Shown piece by piece: positions 7,314-15,790 of a stretch of DNA of 32,000 bases. The notes below the pieces were generated by a model that did no database searches, had not been told where the DNA came from, and was given only the letters and a program-made list of their open reading frames with translations. A program made the translations under genes and the position numbers. How positions within the stretch are numbered: the first letter of the stretch is position 1; every line of letters begins with the position of its first letter. The DNA is from Thermodesulfobacteriota bacterium (GTDB lineage Bacteria; Desulfobacterota; WTBG01; JAGOGO01): contig CP113000.1 in NCBI GenBank assembly GCA_026625185.1, forward strand, positions 2,532,651 through 2,564,650. The letters run 5' to 3'.

Positions 7314-9210
7314 AAGCATAGCCTTCAAATTGATTCTGGTTATCACGCTCTGCAGCATAGGTATTTTTACCACCATCCTAGGTTACAACTATTACCATTC
7401 CCGGCTTGTTCTGATAAAAGAGCTGGAGAGCAATGCCCGCAATCTGACCCTGGCTTCCGTAAACCGTATAGAGACGGTATTGAACGGGGTAGCCAAGGTT
7501 ACAGAAAGTGTTGCCCGCTCTCTTGAGAATGGAAAGCAAACCCATAAGGAGCGCACCGCTCTGTTCAGGTCCACAGTTGCAGAGAACTCCGAGATTTACG
7601 GCTGCGGAGTTGGGTTCGAACGGCGTGCCGCGGGTCCCAACCCCCACCCCTACGTCTCCCACTTCTATAGAGATCATGACAAAATTATCTGTGCCATAGA
7701 CAATTCCTCAAATTATCTTTACGAGGATTGGTATCAGATCTGCAGGGAGATGGAGAAGAAAGAGTGGACAGAGCCCCATTATGAGAAAAACGCCTTGATG
7801 ACGACCTGTTCTGTTCCATTTTATGATATAACGGACGGGGTCAGGCGTCCAAGGGGTGTCGTGTTTTCCGATATCTCTCTCGATTGGTTGACTGAGCTGG
7901 TCGCATCGCTCAAGGTGCTCAAAAGCGGTTATGCCATTCTCATTTCCCGTAACGGAACTATCCTAACCCATCCTATCCGGGAGTTGATTATGAACGAGAC
8001 CATCTTCAGCCTTGCCGAGGCCCGTAAAGATCCAACGATACGTGCGCTGGGCAAGAAGATGATCAAGGGTAATGAAGGCTTCATCCCCTTTACGAATATC
8101 AACGGCATCAAAACACGGGTCTATTATGCGCCGATCCCTTCCATCGGCTGGTCCTTGGCCCTTGTCTTTCCTGAAGTGGAACTACTGGCTGAGATAAAAA
8201 GATTGAGCCTGACTGGTGGGATCATGGCGCTGGTTGGCCTAATGCTTCTAACCATGGGGGTGATTCTGATCGCTCGTTCAATTACCGCACCGTTGGTGGA
8301 TCTGGCAAAGGCGACAACTGCGATTGCCCAAGGAGACTTTGACGTGGAACTCCCGCCTGCACGATCCCAGGACGAAGCGGGCGCGCTTACAACCGCATTT
8401 GGAGTGATGAAAAGTTCCCTCAAGGAATATATCAAAAAGCTGACAGAAACAACCGCCGCCAAGGAACGTATCGAGAGTGAATTGAACATTGCCCACGATA
8501 TCCAAATGGCTCTTCTCCCCAAAATATTTCCACCTTTTCCTGATCGGCCGGAATTTGACCTCTACGCTCTGATAGAGCCGGCTAAAGAGGTAGGAGGGGA
8601 TTACTACGATTTCTTTTTTGTCGACGACAACCATTTGTGTTTTGTTATCGGCGATGTCTCGGGCAAAGGGGTGCCGGCAGCGCTTTTCATGGCCGTGTCC
8701 ATGACGCTCATCAAGGCTACGGCCCGCCATGGCCTTCCTCCCGAAGAAATCCTGTTCAGAGTCAATAACGAGCTTGCCCACGAAAACGATTCCTGCATGT
8801 TCGTCACCACATTTATAGGGATGCTGGATATGGAGAGCGGAGAACTGCTCTATGCCAACGGCGGTCATAATCCTCCCCTGCACTTAAAGCGCGGAGGAGG
8901 AGTTGACTGGTTGCCGATATCGGGTAGCCTCATGGTCGGTGCCATGGAGGAGTCACCCTACCGTCGTGAACGACTTCGGCTTGAGCCGGGAGACAGTCTG
9001 TTTCTTTACACCGACGGCGTGAACGAAGCGATGAACGCTCGGGATGAGACCTTTTCCGATTTTCGGCTGGAGAGGAGCCTGCTTGCGTTGCAAGGGAGTA
9101 AAATCAAGGATGTAGTTTCCGGGATCATGGCGAATATTCGAGAATTCACCGGAGAGGCCCCCCAGTCCGATGACATAACAATGATGATGATTCAGTACCG
9201 GGGAAGGTAA
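7300..9210 (+). CDS. Membrane sensor phosphatase: TM, Cache-like periplasmic domain, TM, HAMP, PP2C/SpoIIE (RsbU-like)
   Basis: ATG at 7300 follows GGGAGGA. The protein has two TM segments flanking a ~290-aa periplasmic domain with dCache-like motifs (GVVFSDISLDWL), then a HAMP domain (ITAPLVDLAKATTAIAQGDFDVEL). PP2C motifs are present (GGDYYDFF, FVIGDVSGKGVPAALFMA, YANGGHNPP, LYTDGVNEA, SDDITMMMIQY). It overlaps the SBP gene by 14 nt. Confidence 0.85.
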   Translation: MLTNRSIAFKLILVITLCSIGIFTTILGYNYYHSRLVLIKELESNARNLTLASVNRIETVLNGVAKVTESVARSLENGKQTHKERTALFRSTVAENSEIYGCGVGFERRAAGPNPHPYVSHFYRDHDKIICAIDNSSNYLYEDWYQICREMEKKEWTEPHYEKNALMTTCSVPFYDITDGVRRPRGVVFSDISLDWLTELVASLKVLKSGYAILISRNGTILTHPIRELIMNETIFSLAEARKDPTIRALGKKMIKGNEGFIPFTNINGIKTRVYYAPIPSIGWSLALVFPEVELLAEIKRLSLTGGIMALVGLMLLTMGVILIARSITAPLVDLAKATTAIAQGDFDVELPPARSQDEAGALTTAFGVMKSSLKEYIKKLTETTAAKERIESELNIAHDIQMALLPKIFPPFPDRPEFDLYALIEPAKEVGGDYYDFFFVDDNHLCFVIGDVSGKGVPAALFMAVSMTLIKATARHGLPPEEILFRVNNELAHENDSCMFVTTFIGMLDMESGELLYANGGHNPPLHLKRGGGVDWLPISGSLMVGAMEESPYRRERLRLEPGDSLFLYTDGVNEAMNARDETFSDFRLERSLLALQGSKIKDVVSGIMANIREFTGEAPQSDDITMMMIQYRGR

Positions 9211-9238
9211 TAAATTGTACTAAAAAACTATATAAAAT

Positions 9239-9293
9239 GCCTTCAAATTAAATAGCAATTACTATCGCTTTTCATTGCTATTTAATTGAAGGC
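9239..9293. terminator. Long AT-rich hairpin (about 19-20 bp stem, one bulge, 16-nt loop) between convergent genes; likely the hsp20 terminator or bidirectional
   Basis: gccttcaaattaaatagcaa (9239-9258) pairs with ttgctatttaattgaaggc (9275-9293). In minus-strand sense it is followed by a T-rich tract. Confidence 0.55.
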
Positions 9294-9298
9294 AGAAG

Positions 9299-9320
9299 GA
9301 CCTTAAAAAAAGGTCTTTTT
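9299..9320 (+). terminator. Small intrinsic terminator after the PP2C gene
   Basis: GACCT-taaaaaa-AGGTC hairpin followed by TTTTT. The stem is only 5 bp. Confidence 0.4.
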
Positions 9321-9338
9321 AAGCCGCTTAATTTTCAT

Positions 9339-9797
9339 TTAAGCAGCTTTTTTATATTCTTCTTTTACACCCTCGATGGGGATCTTTTTCCCTTTGACTT
9401 CTTCAGATAAATATATCGTGAGTTCAAGCATCCCCTTTTCATATTTGGCGCTTATCTTTTCAACATCTACATCCCGAGGCACATGAAAACAACGACTGAA
9501 TTTTCCATAATTCATCTCTTCAAAGCAATAACAAGATCCCTTTTCTGTTTTAGACCGTTTCCGTTCCCCGCTGATGCAAAGGTGACCATCTTTAAGCGAA
9601 ATATCCACATCCTTGGGGTCGACTCCGGGAAGCTCAACCCGCAGGTGTACCGTATTATCTTTTATGAAGCTTTCCATAGATGGATAATAACCATAGCTTG
9701 TTGACCAATCATCCATCCGGAAAAAGTCATCTATCCAATCTCCAAAATCCCATCCGAATCGGGATAATGATCTTGGTTTCCATAATGTGATAGCCAT
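9339..9797 (-). CDS. Small heat-shock protein, Hsp20/alpha-crystallin family
   Basis: MAITLWKP... starts 6 nt after GGAGGTG. The alpha-crystallin core is present (HLRVELPGVDPKDVDISLKDGHLCISGERK...GKFSRCFHVPRDVDVEKISAKYEKGMLELTI). The track ORF starts 5 codons earlier with no SD. Confidence 0.85.
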   Translation of the reverse strand: MAITLWKPRSLSRFGWDFGDWIDDFFRMDDWSTSYGYYPSMESFIKDNTVHLRVELPGVDPKDVDISLKDGHLCISGERKRSKTEKGSCYCFEEMNYGKFSRCFHVPRDVDVEKISAKYEKGMLELTIYLSEEVKGKKIPIEGVKEEYKKAA

Positions 9798-10060
9798 GTT
9801 AAACACCTCCATTCGTCATGAAAACCTTTTAAGGGCATGACCCTTGAAAGATTGAATTTGTTTAACTTTTAAAGAGCTTCTCTCCTTCCTTAATTCTTTT
9901 CTTAACCCCTTTATTCACTTTCTTTATAAAAAGTTAGTCAGTTCTAACTCTTTGTCAAGAGGGAGGATTTTTTTAGAACCCTAGGTGAAGCCAATAGGAC
10001 TTGCGGTTTTCTGGATTTGACAACTTAGGGACCAAAAAAAATTGCCTACAAAGTGCCTAT

Positions 10061-10087
10061 AAACAGAAAAGCCAGCCGAACCTGGCT
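10061..10087 (-). terminator. Intrinsic terminator downstream of the tRNA-Val 3'-half fragment (candidate original tRNA-Val terminator)
   Basis: AGCCAG-ccgaac-CTGGCT hairpin, followed in minus-strand sense by TTTTCTGTTT. Confidence 0.45.
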
Positions 10088-10131
10088 TGAAAGTGGCAAA
10101 ATAACCAATCAAAATTACTAATCTTTTTAAG

Positions 10132-10173
10132 TAGGCGGAGCAGGTTTCGAACCTACGACCTCCAGCTTGTAAG
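10132..10173 (-). repeat. Orphan 3' half of tRNA-Val (3' end to anticodon loop); att-like direct repeat of 13237-13278
   Basis: By eye, 41 of 42 nt match the 3' part of the intact tRNA-Val at 13237-13309 in the same orientation. Similarity stops at the 5' edge of the anticodon loop. No matching acceptor 5' strand or D-arm lies upstream. Confidence 0.8.
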
Positions 10174-10486
10174 AGCGTTCCAGCCATACAACATATTTAT
10201 TTTATTATATATTTTTCTGTTTTCTTTCGCTTTTTCCCCTTAAAAACGGTCAAAATAACCGTAAAATTTTATCGTTTTCTAAACCTTTGGTGATAACCCT
10301 GGAAGAAAAATTTTCGAAGAAATCACTTTTAGTCTGTTTTGACCTGTCTTACCCTGTCAAAAAACTATACAATTTTTTAAAATAATTTTTTGCAAGTTAA
10401 GATAGAATTAGTGCAGATTGCTGCGGGGTAGAACCAGTTGTCTGTTTTCGAATAGGAAAATACTTATCAGGTTATTCCTTTGAGTA

Positions 10487-11293
10487 TTATTTTGTATTGA
10501 TCTGTTTAAACAACGCATAAGCCCACTCTTGGTCCAATTCTTTCAAAACCTTGTATTCTTCCAGTGCCAACTCCTTGCCACCTAAATTGCAATAAGCGAC
10601 GCCCAGGTTATAGTGGGCTTCGGCAAAATCCGGTTTAATGCGGATAGCCTCTTTGTAAGCTTCTATTGCCTCCTGGTAGCAACCGAAGTTCCCATAGGCC
10701 AGGCCCAAATTGTTGTGTGCATCGGCAAAATCCGGTTTAATGCGGATAGTCTCTTTGTAAGCTTCTATTGCCTCCTGATTGCGGCCGAGGTGGCCATAAG
10801 ACTGGCCCAGGTTATGGTGGGCATCATAATCCGGGTACAGGGAGCTAGCCTCTTTATAAATCTCCTCGCCCTCTTGGTAGCGACCGGCGTCGTAATAAGA
10901 CTGCCCCAGTTTATTGCGGGCTTCAATATAAGATGGTCTCAATCGGATAGCCTGTTTAAAAGCTTCCACTGCCTCCTGGTAGCGACCGAGGTTGTAATAA
11001 GACACGCCCATGCTATAATGAGCTAAAACATCATCTGGATTAATACGGTTACCCTCTTTGAAAGCTTCCACCGCTTCCTGATAGCGGCCGAGATGGTAAT
11101 AAGACAGGCCTAGGTTAAGGTGTGCTTTTGCTAAAAGAAAATTCAATTCCAGTGCTTTTTTAAAATAAGGTATAGCTTTTTCATAATTTTTAGCCACAAA
11201 ATACGATTGTCCTTTTTTAAAGAAGTCCTCCCCTTTACCCATATTTGTTAATGAAATACTTGTTCCGGAATCAGATTTTTTAAAAAATGCCAT
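10487..11293 (-). CDS. Tetratricopeptide-repeat protein (about 7 TPR units)
   Basis: 268 aa made of 34-aa units such as AH.NLG.SYY.LGRYQEAVEAFK.AIR..P.. and AHNNLGLAY.N.G.YQEAIEAYKEAIRIKPDFA. No signal peptide is evident. Confidence 0.85.
   Translation of the reverse strand: MAFFKKSDSGTSISLTNMGKGEDFFKKGQSYFVAKNYEKAIPYFKKALELNFLLAKAHLNLGLSYYHLGRYQEAVEAFKEGNRINPDDVLAHYSMGVSYYNLGRYQEAVEAFKQAIRLRPSYIEARNKLGQSYYDAGRYQEGEEIYKEASSLYPDYDAHHNLGQSYGHLGRNQEAIEAYKETIRIKPDFADAHNNLGLAYGNFGCYQEAIEAYKEAIRIKPDFAEAHYNLGVAYCNLGGKELALEEYKVLKELDQEWAYALFKQINTK
10621..10777. repeat. 102-bp-period near-identical DNA repeat inside the TPR gene (55-nt cores at 10621-10675 and 10723-10777, 1 mismatch)
   Basis: cggcaaaatccggtttaatgcggatag[c/t]ctctttgtaagcttctattgcctcctg occurs twice exactly 102 nt (34 codons) apart. 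Confidence 0.9.
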
Positions 11294-11502
11294 CGCTTAC
11301 CCCTTTATAATTACATAATCAAATCCTTTAATTACCCAATTAATAATTAAAGGCAACCATTGCACCATTCTTTATAACAGTTTTCGGATAAACTTTTACT
11401 TAGTATAATTGTACAGGTTTCTATTGGATTTTTAAAGCAAAAAAAGGCCCGAACTGAAACCTCCTAAATCTAAATTTCCCCCTCGCCGTCCCTTACTATC
11501 AC

Positions 11503-12909
11503 TCACATTTCCACAAAATAGTTTTCCCAAGCGGCCAACACGGTTTCTTTTGTGAGGGCTGGGGAACAGTTATAGTAGTGGGCATCATCAACAATGTTTT
11601 CAATGATATCCCGAGGGTGGCAAGCATTAAGTTTGACGTTAAACTTTCTATAATAGTCTTTAATGAGATAGTCAAACACGTCCTTTTTGAAAGTGATACC
11701 ATTAACCTCACACATTTTCTTGAAAATTTGCTCATATTCTTGAAGCGTTGGGTGGTCAATTCTAAACTTGTATCGGATTCTTCGTAGGAAACCCTCATCT
11801 ACCAGATCCTTGGGTTCAATGTTCGTCGAGAAGACTACGAGTTGATCGAAGGGGATCTCGAACTTCATGCCGGTATGGAGGGTAAAAATGTCAGTTCTGC
11901 GTTCTAGAGGGACAATCCAGCGGTTAAGGAGTTTCTTGGGGTCAACTAGCTGACGCCCGAAGTCATCAACGATAAACAACCCGTTGTTGGCTTTCATCTG
12001 GACTGGAGCTTCATAGAACTTTGATATCGGATTGAACTCAAGGTCGAGTGCTTTAAGGGTGAGCTCTCCTCCAGCCATAATCACGGGCCTTTTCACTCGG
12101 ATCCATCGCTGGTCTACCTCTTCAGCACCGAGCTCTGGTTGAACTGCAATATGGTTAACCGGATCATAAACGGTGATAATCTCACTCTCCACCAAGACCG
12201 CATGTGGCAAATAAATGGTGCCAGGAAGAACCTTACCGATCGCCTCAGCAATAGCCGTCTTGCCGTTACCCGCTGGGCCATAAAGAAACATTGTTTTTCC
12301 GGAACTCACTGCAGGTCCAAGCCTTTTCAAAAGTCCTTCATTCACAACAAGGTGAGAAAAGGCGTCATTAAGGCTCTTTTCATCCACAATGACGCTTTTA
12401 ATAGTCTGCACCCTGACCATTTCTCGATACTTTTGCAATCTCACCGGAGCAGGTCCCGCATAGCGGGAGATCTCAAAAAGTTCTGTGCTTCGGTTTTTGC
12501 CTCTGTCGGTAAGGGAAAACCTATAGGTGAAGCCGCTCAATTGGTCAGCCCCTTTTACCTCGAGGAGGAGATCCTTTCTCAGCTTATCAATTGCCTTTGT
12601 TACCACTGATGGGGGCAACTTCACTTTGTCTACTACATCATTTATGATGAATTCCCCCATAAACAGCACGTGTTTCATAATGAGATCTGCAATAAAAGAA
12701 ATATCGAGCCCTGTCTCTTCCACCGTTTGAGGAGGTTGGGGAGTCATCTTAAAAAACGCTGCAACTTCTTCTTCTGTGATAAAATGTAGAGCGACTAGGT
12801 TTTGGCCAATCCTACCACCTTGAAGTTTTTGGCGTTTTAAGGCCATCTGGAACTGCTCCTCGGTAACAATCCTTTTTTCTACCAACTGTTCACCAATCCA
12901 ATTTTGCAT
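11503..12909 (-). CDS. AAA+ ATPase with an N-terminal T2SSE_N/MshEN-like domain
   Basis: Walker A is LYGPAGNGKTAIAEAIG and Walker B is LFIVDDFGRQ, with an Arg-rich LRRIRYK downstream. The N-terminus reads WIGEQLVEKRIVTEEQFQMALKRQ-KLQGG-RIGQNLVALHFITEEEVAAFF. GGAGGTG precedes tandem ATGs at 12912 and 12909; the second was chosen for SD spacing. The track start at 12960 is unlikely. Confidence 0.8.
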   Translation of the reverse strand: MQNWIGEQLVEKRIVTEEQFQMALKRQKLQGGRIGQNLVALHFITEEEVAAFFKMTPQPPQTVEETGLDISFIADLIMKHVLFMGEFIINDVVDKVKLPPSVVTKAIDKLRKDLLLEVKGADQLSGFTYRFSLTDRGKNRSTELFEISRYAGPAPVRLQKYREMVRVQTIKSVIVDEKSLNDAFSHLVVNEGLLKRLGPAVSSGKTMFLYGPAGNGKTAIAEAIGKVLPGTIYLPHAVLVESEIITVYDPVNHIAVQPELGAEEVDQRWIRVKRPVIMAGGELTLKALDLEFNPISKFYEAPVQMKANNGLFIVDDFGRQLVDPKKLLNRWIVPLERRTDIFTLHTGMKFEIPFDQLVVFSTNIEPKDLVDEGFLRRIRYKFRIDHPTLQEYEQIFKKMCEVNGITFKKDVFDYLIKDYYRKFNVKLNACHPRDIIENIVDDAHYYNCSPALTKETVLAAWENYFVEM

Positions 12910-13153
12910 CATACACCTCCTCGATATATTCATTAAGACCATACGGGTTTCCACGATCAAGCGGCCACACTAAAAACGTGGGGATTTCGTATGCCTTCAG
13001 ACCCAAGTGGAGAATTTTTTAACTTGAGTTTACGGCCCCTTGATGGACCGGGCCTTTGTTTTTTATGGTAAGATTGTATTGTTTCTTACGTTACAAGGTC
13101 AATTGTTTTTTCTCTCAAAGGTTTCACCCCTTTTATTCTGATTTTTATCGAAA

Positions 13154-13177
13154 GTGTTGGGAATAGTGTTGGGAATA
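13154..13177. repeat. Tandem 12-mer gtgttgggaata x2
   Basis: Read directly. It lies between the tRNA-Val terminator and the ATPase gene start. Confidence 0.9.
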
Positions 13178-13190
13178 ACTTTTTTGCGAA

Positions 13191-13224
13191 ATAAAAAAGG
13201 CCCTAGAAAATCTTCTAAGGCCTT
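13191..13224 (-). terminator. Intrinsic terminator immediately downstream of tRNA-Val
   Basis: AAGGCC-c-TAGAA-aatc-TTCTA-a-GGCCTT hairpin, followed in minus-strand sense by TTTTTTAT. Confidence 0.6.
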
Positions 13225-13236
13225 GTTTCCATTTGA

Positions 13237-13309
13237 TAGGCGGAGCAGGTTTCGAACCTACGACCTCCGGCTTGTAAGGCCGGCGCTCTCCCAGCTGAGC
13301 TATCCGCCC
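13237..13309 (-). tRNA. tRNA-Val (anticodon TAC)
   Basis: The reverse complement GGGCGGATAGCTCAGCTGGGAGAGCGCCGGCCTTACAAGCCGGAGGTCGTAGGTTCGAAACCTGCTCCGCCTA folds as a cloverleaf. The anticodon stem is CCGGC/GCCGG with loop CTTACAA. CCA is not encoded. Confidence 0.9.
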
Positions 13310-13328
13310 ATAGACGGCTTTGGCAAGT

Positions 13329-15779
13329 TTAATGGGTTACTAATTCGCCCCCCTTTTCAGCGGAGGTTTTAAAAAACTCTTCGGTGCGCTCGAATCTATC
13401 TCGTAAAAACTTTTCCGGATCATCCAGAATAAGTGCCCGCCGAAGCACTTCATCAACATGGTCCGTGAGAATAATCTTTAAGTCTTTTTTTACCCGGGGC
13501 GGTATCTCTTTAAGGTCTTTTTCATTATCACGGGGAATGATCACACAGGTAACGTTCCCGCGGTGAGCGGCAATGAGTTTTTCTTTTAATCCCCCAATGG
13601 GAAGCACTTTGCCGCGGAGGGTTATTTCTCCGGTCATCGCGATATCTTTGCGAACCGGTTTTTTGGTGACCGCGGAAGCTAATGAAGTCGCCATGGCCAC
13701 GCCCGCGGAGGGGCCGTCTTTGGGGGTCGCTCCTTCGGGGACATGGATATGTATGTCAATATTCTGGAAGAAATCTTTATCCAGCCCCAGGTGTTCCCCG
13801 CGGGAGCGGATATAGGTCCATGCCGCATGGGCGGACTCCTGCATGACATCACCGAGTTTGCCGGTCAGACGTGGCGGATTTCCTTTGCCGGGCATGACAA
13901 TCGCCTCGATGGAGAGAAGCTCTCCGCCGGCTTCGGTCCACGCCAGTCCCGTGGTCATTCCGATCTCGTCTTTTTCTTCGGTCTTGCCGTATCTGAATTT
14001 ATAAACTCCCAAATACTTGGAAATATTCTGGGCCGTAATCTGGAAGTGGCTCTCCCGGCCTTTGCGGATAACTTCCTTGGCCACTTTCCGGCAGATGGAC
14101 GCTATCTCCCGCTCCAGGTTTCTGACCCCCGCTTCCCGGGTGAAGCGTCGGATGATGGTAAGAATGCTGTTGTCAGTAAAGGTGATATTTTTCTCGGTCA
14201 AACCGTTTTCTTTTATTTGTTTCGGAATGAGAAACAGACGGGCAATGTGAAGCTTTTCATCTTCAGTGTAGCCGGGAAGCCGGATAATTTCCATCCGGTC
14301 CCGCAAAGCGGGGATAATCGGGTCCACTAAATTCGCAGTGGTAATGAACATAACCTCGGATAAGTCATAATCCACGTCGACATAGTGGTCGTTGAACGCG
14401 TGGTTTTGTTCCGGGTCCAAGACCTCAAGCAGCGCCGCCGAAGGGTCGCCACGGAAATCCGCGCTCATCTTATCCACTTCATCGAGGAGAAAAACCGGGT
14501 TATTGGAGCCAGCCTTCTTGAGCCCCTGGAGAATTTTTCCGGGTAAAGCTCCGATATAGGTACGCCGATGACCCCGGATTTCAGCCTCATCTCGAACCCC
14601 GCCTAAGGAGAGACGGACAAAGTTTCTCCCGGTGGCCCGGGCAATAGACTTAGCTAACGAAGTCTTACCCACTCCCGGCGGGCCAACAAAACATAGGATG
14701 GGGCCTTTGAGTTTTTCCACCAGACCCTGAACCGCTAAATACTCCAAGATGCGTTCTTTAGGGTCTTTAAGTCCGTAGTGGTCTTCTTCGAGGATCTGGG
14801 TTGCTTCATCAATATTGAGCTTGGTTTCGGTTTTTTCAAACCAGGGAAGCGAGAGCATCCAGTCGATGTAGTTTCTTACCACGGTAACTTCTGCGGACAT
14901 GGGAGGCATCATCTTTAGCTTCTTGAATTCCTTTTTTACCTTGTCGGTTGCTTCTGGGGACATCTTTTTCTTTTTTATCTGTTCCTCGAGGTCTTTGAGT
15001 TCGGTGGTCATATCATCCCGGTCGCCCATTTCCTTTTGGATAGCCCGCATCTGCTCGGAAAGATAGTATTCCTTTTGAGTTTTCTCCATTTGTTTTTTGA
15101 CGCGGTTGCGGATTTTTTTCTCGATCTCGAGGATTTCGATTTCTCCCTCCATAAAGCTGTAGAGTTTTTCCAGCCGTTCCTTCCCGTTTTCTATTTCCAA
15201 AAGTTTTTGTTTGTCCTCCAGCTTTAAGGTGAGGTGAGCGGCAATCGTATCCGTAAGCCGGTTGGGTTCATCGATCGTGCTGACGGAAACCAGCATCTCG
15301 GGAGGAACTTTTTTACTCAGCTTGACATAGTTTTCGAAGGTGGAGTGCGCGCGCCGCATCAGGGCTTCAACCTCAGGGGTGATCTCGGTAGCGTCTTCAA
15401 TTTCTCTCACGTAAACCTGAAAGAAATCAGGATGAGGTAAAAACTCCTGGATGACTCCGCGTTTTTTCCCTTCGACTAAGACCTTTACTCCTCCATCGGG
15501 AAGCCGAAGGAGTTGGAGGACTGTTCCCAAGGTGCCGACACTATGGATGTCGTCTTCAGAGGGATTGTCATCCTTGGCTTTTATTTGGGTGGCTAAAAAG
15601 ACAAGTTTTTCTTTGTTCAAGGCTTCTTCCAAAGCCTTTATGGACTTGGCGCGGCCGACAAAAAGGGGAACAACCATATATGGAAAAAGCACGATATCCC
15701 GCAACGGCAAAAGGGGATACGTTTTTTCTTTTTCCCGATCAAACGGTACCAGCTGGTCTTTTTGGTTTTTGAAAATCAT
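13329..15779 (-). CDS. lon: ATP-dependent Lon protease (endopeptidase La)
   Basis: 816 aa with a LON N-domain ([23 protein letters not shown]), an AAA+ Walker A (GPPGVGKTS) and the protease motif [11 protein letters not shown] with catalytic Ser. Confidence 0.95.
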   Translation of the reverse strand: MIFKNQKDQLVPFDREKEKTYPLLPLRDIVLFPYMVVPLFVGRAKSIKALEEALNKEKLVFLATQIKAKDDNPSEDDIHSVGTLGTVLQLLRLPDGGVKVLVEGKKRGVIQEFLPHPDFFQVYVREIEDATEITPEVEALMRRAHSTFENYVKLSKKVPPEMLVSVSTIDEPNRLTDTIAAHLTLKLEDKQKLLEIENGKERLEKLYSFMEGEIEILEIEKKIRNRVKKQMEKTQKEYYLSEQMRAIQKEMGDRDDMTTELKDLEEQIKKKKMSPEATDKVKKEFKKLKMMPPMSAEVTVVRNYIDWMLSLPWFEKTETKLNIDEATQILEEDHYGLKDPKERILEYLAVQGLVEKLKGPILCFVGPPGVGKTSLAKSIARATGRNFVRLSLGGVRDEAEIRGHRRTYIGALPGKILQGLKKAGSNNPVFLLDEVDKMSADFRGDPSAALLEVLDPEQNHAFNDHYVDVDYDLSEVMFITTANLVDPIIPALRDRMEIIRLPGYTEDEKLHIARLFLIPKQIKENGLTEKNITFTDNSILTIIRRFTREAGVRNLEREIASICRKVAKEVIRKGRESHFQITAQNISKYLGVYKFRYGKTEEKDEIGMTTGLAWTEAGGELLSIEAIVMPGKGNPPRLTGKLGDVMQESAHAAWTYIRSRGEHLGLDKDFFQNIDIHIHVPEGATPKDGPSAGVAMATSLASAVTKKPVRKDIAMTGEITLRGKVLPIGGLKEKLIAAHRGNVTCVIIPRDNEKDLKEIPPRVKKDLKIILTDHVDEVLRRALILDDPEKFLRDRFERTEEFFKTSAEKGGELVTH

Positions 15780-15790
15780 TTTCGTATGAC

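Larger units (their letters stand above)
10132..13309. mobile_element. Putative integrase-less islet at tRNA-Val(TAC), about 3.1 kb
   Basis: An intact tRNA-Val and a same-orientation 42-nt 3'-half copy bracket two genes (TPR protein, MshEN-AAA+ ATPase). Each copy is followed by its own terminator hairpin. Confidence 0.4.

Noticed and set aside
8124-8883. Antisense ORFs of 201 aa and 132 aa inside the PP2C phosphatase gene
   Set aside because: They lie entirely within a well-supported CDS on the other strand, have no domain-like motifs, and have Arg/Ser/Cys-rich composition typical of antisense frames.
9901-9960. TTGACA and TATAAA elements upstream of hsp20, and possible sigma-32 or CIRCE control
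   Set aside because: The spacing between the hexamers is ~23 nt, and I found no CCCCAT-type sigma-32 -10 and no CIRCE inverted repeat.
9981-10187. 68-aa minus-strand ORF
   Set aside because: It is translated through the orphan tRNA-Val half and its terminator hairpin, so it is not a plausible protein.
10613-11026. 137-aa plus-strand ORF overlapping the TPR gene
   Set aside because: It is antisense to clean 34-aa TPR units. Its repetitive translation simply mirrors the TPR DNA repeats.
13384-15789. Several plus-strand ORFs (up to 195 aa) inside lon
   Set aside because: They are antisense to a full-length Lon protease with all motifs, and their low-complexity translations look like frame artefacts.
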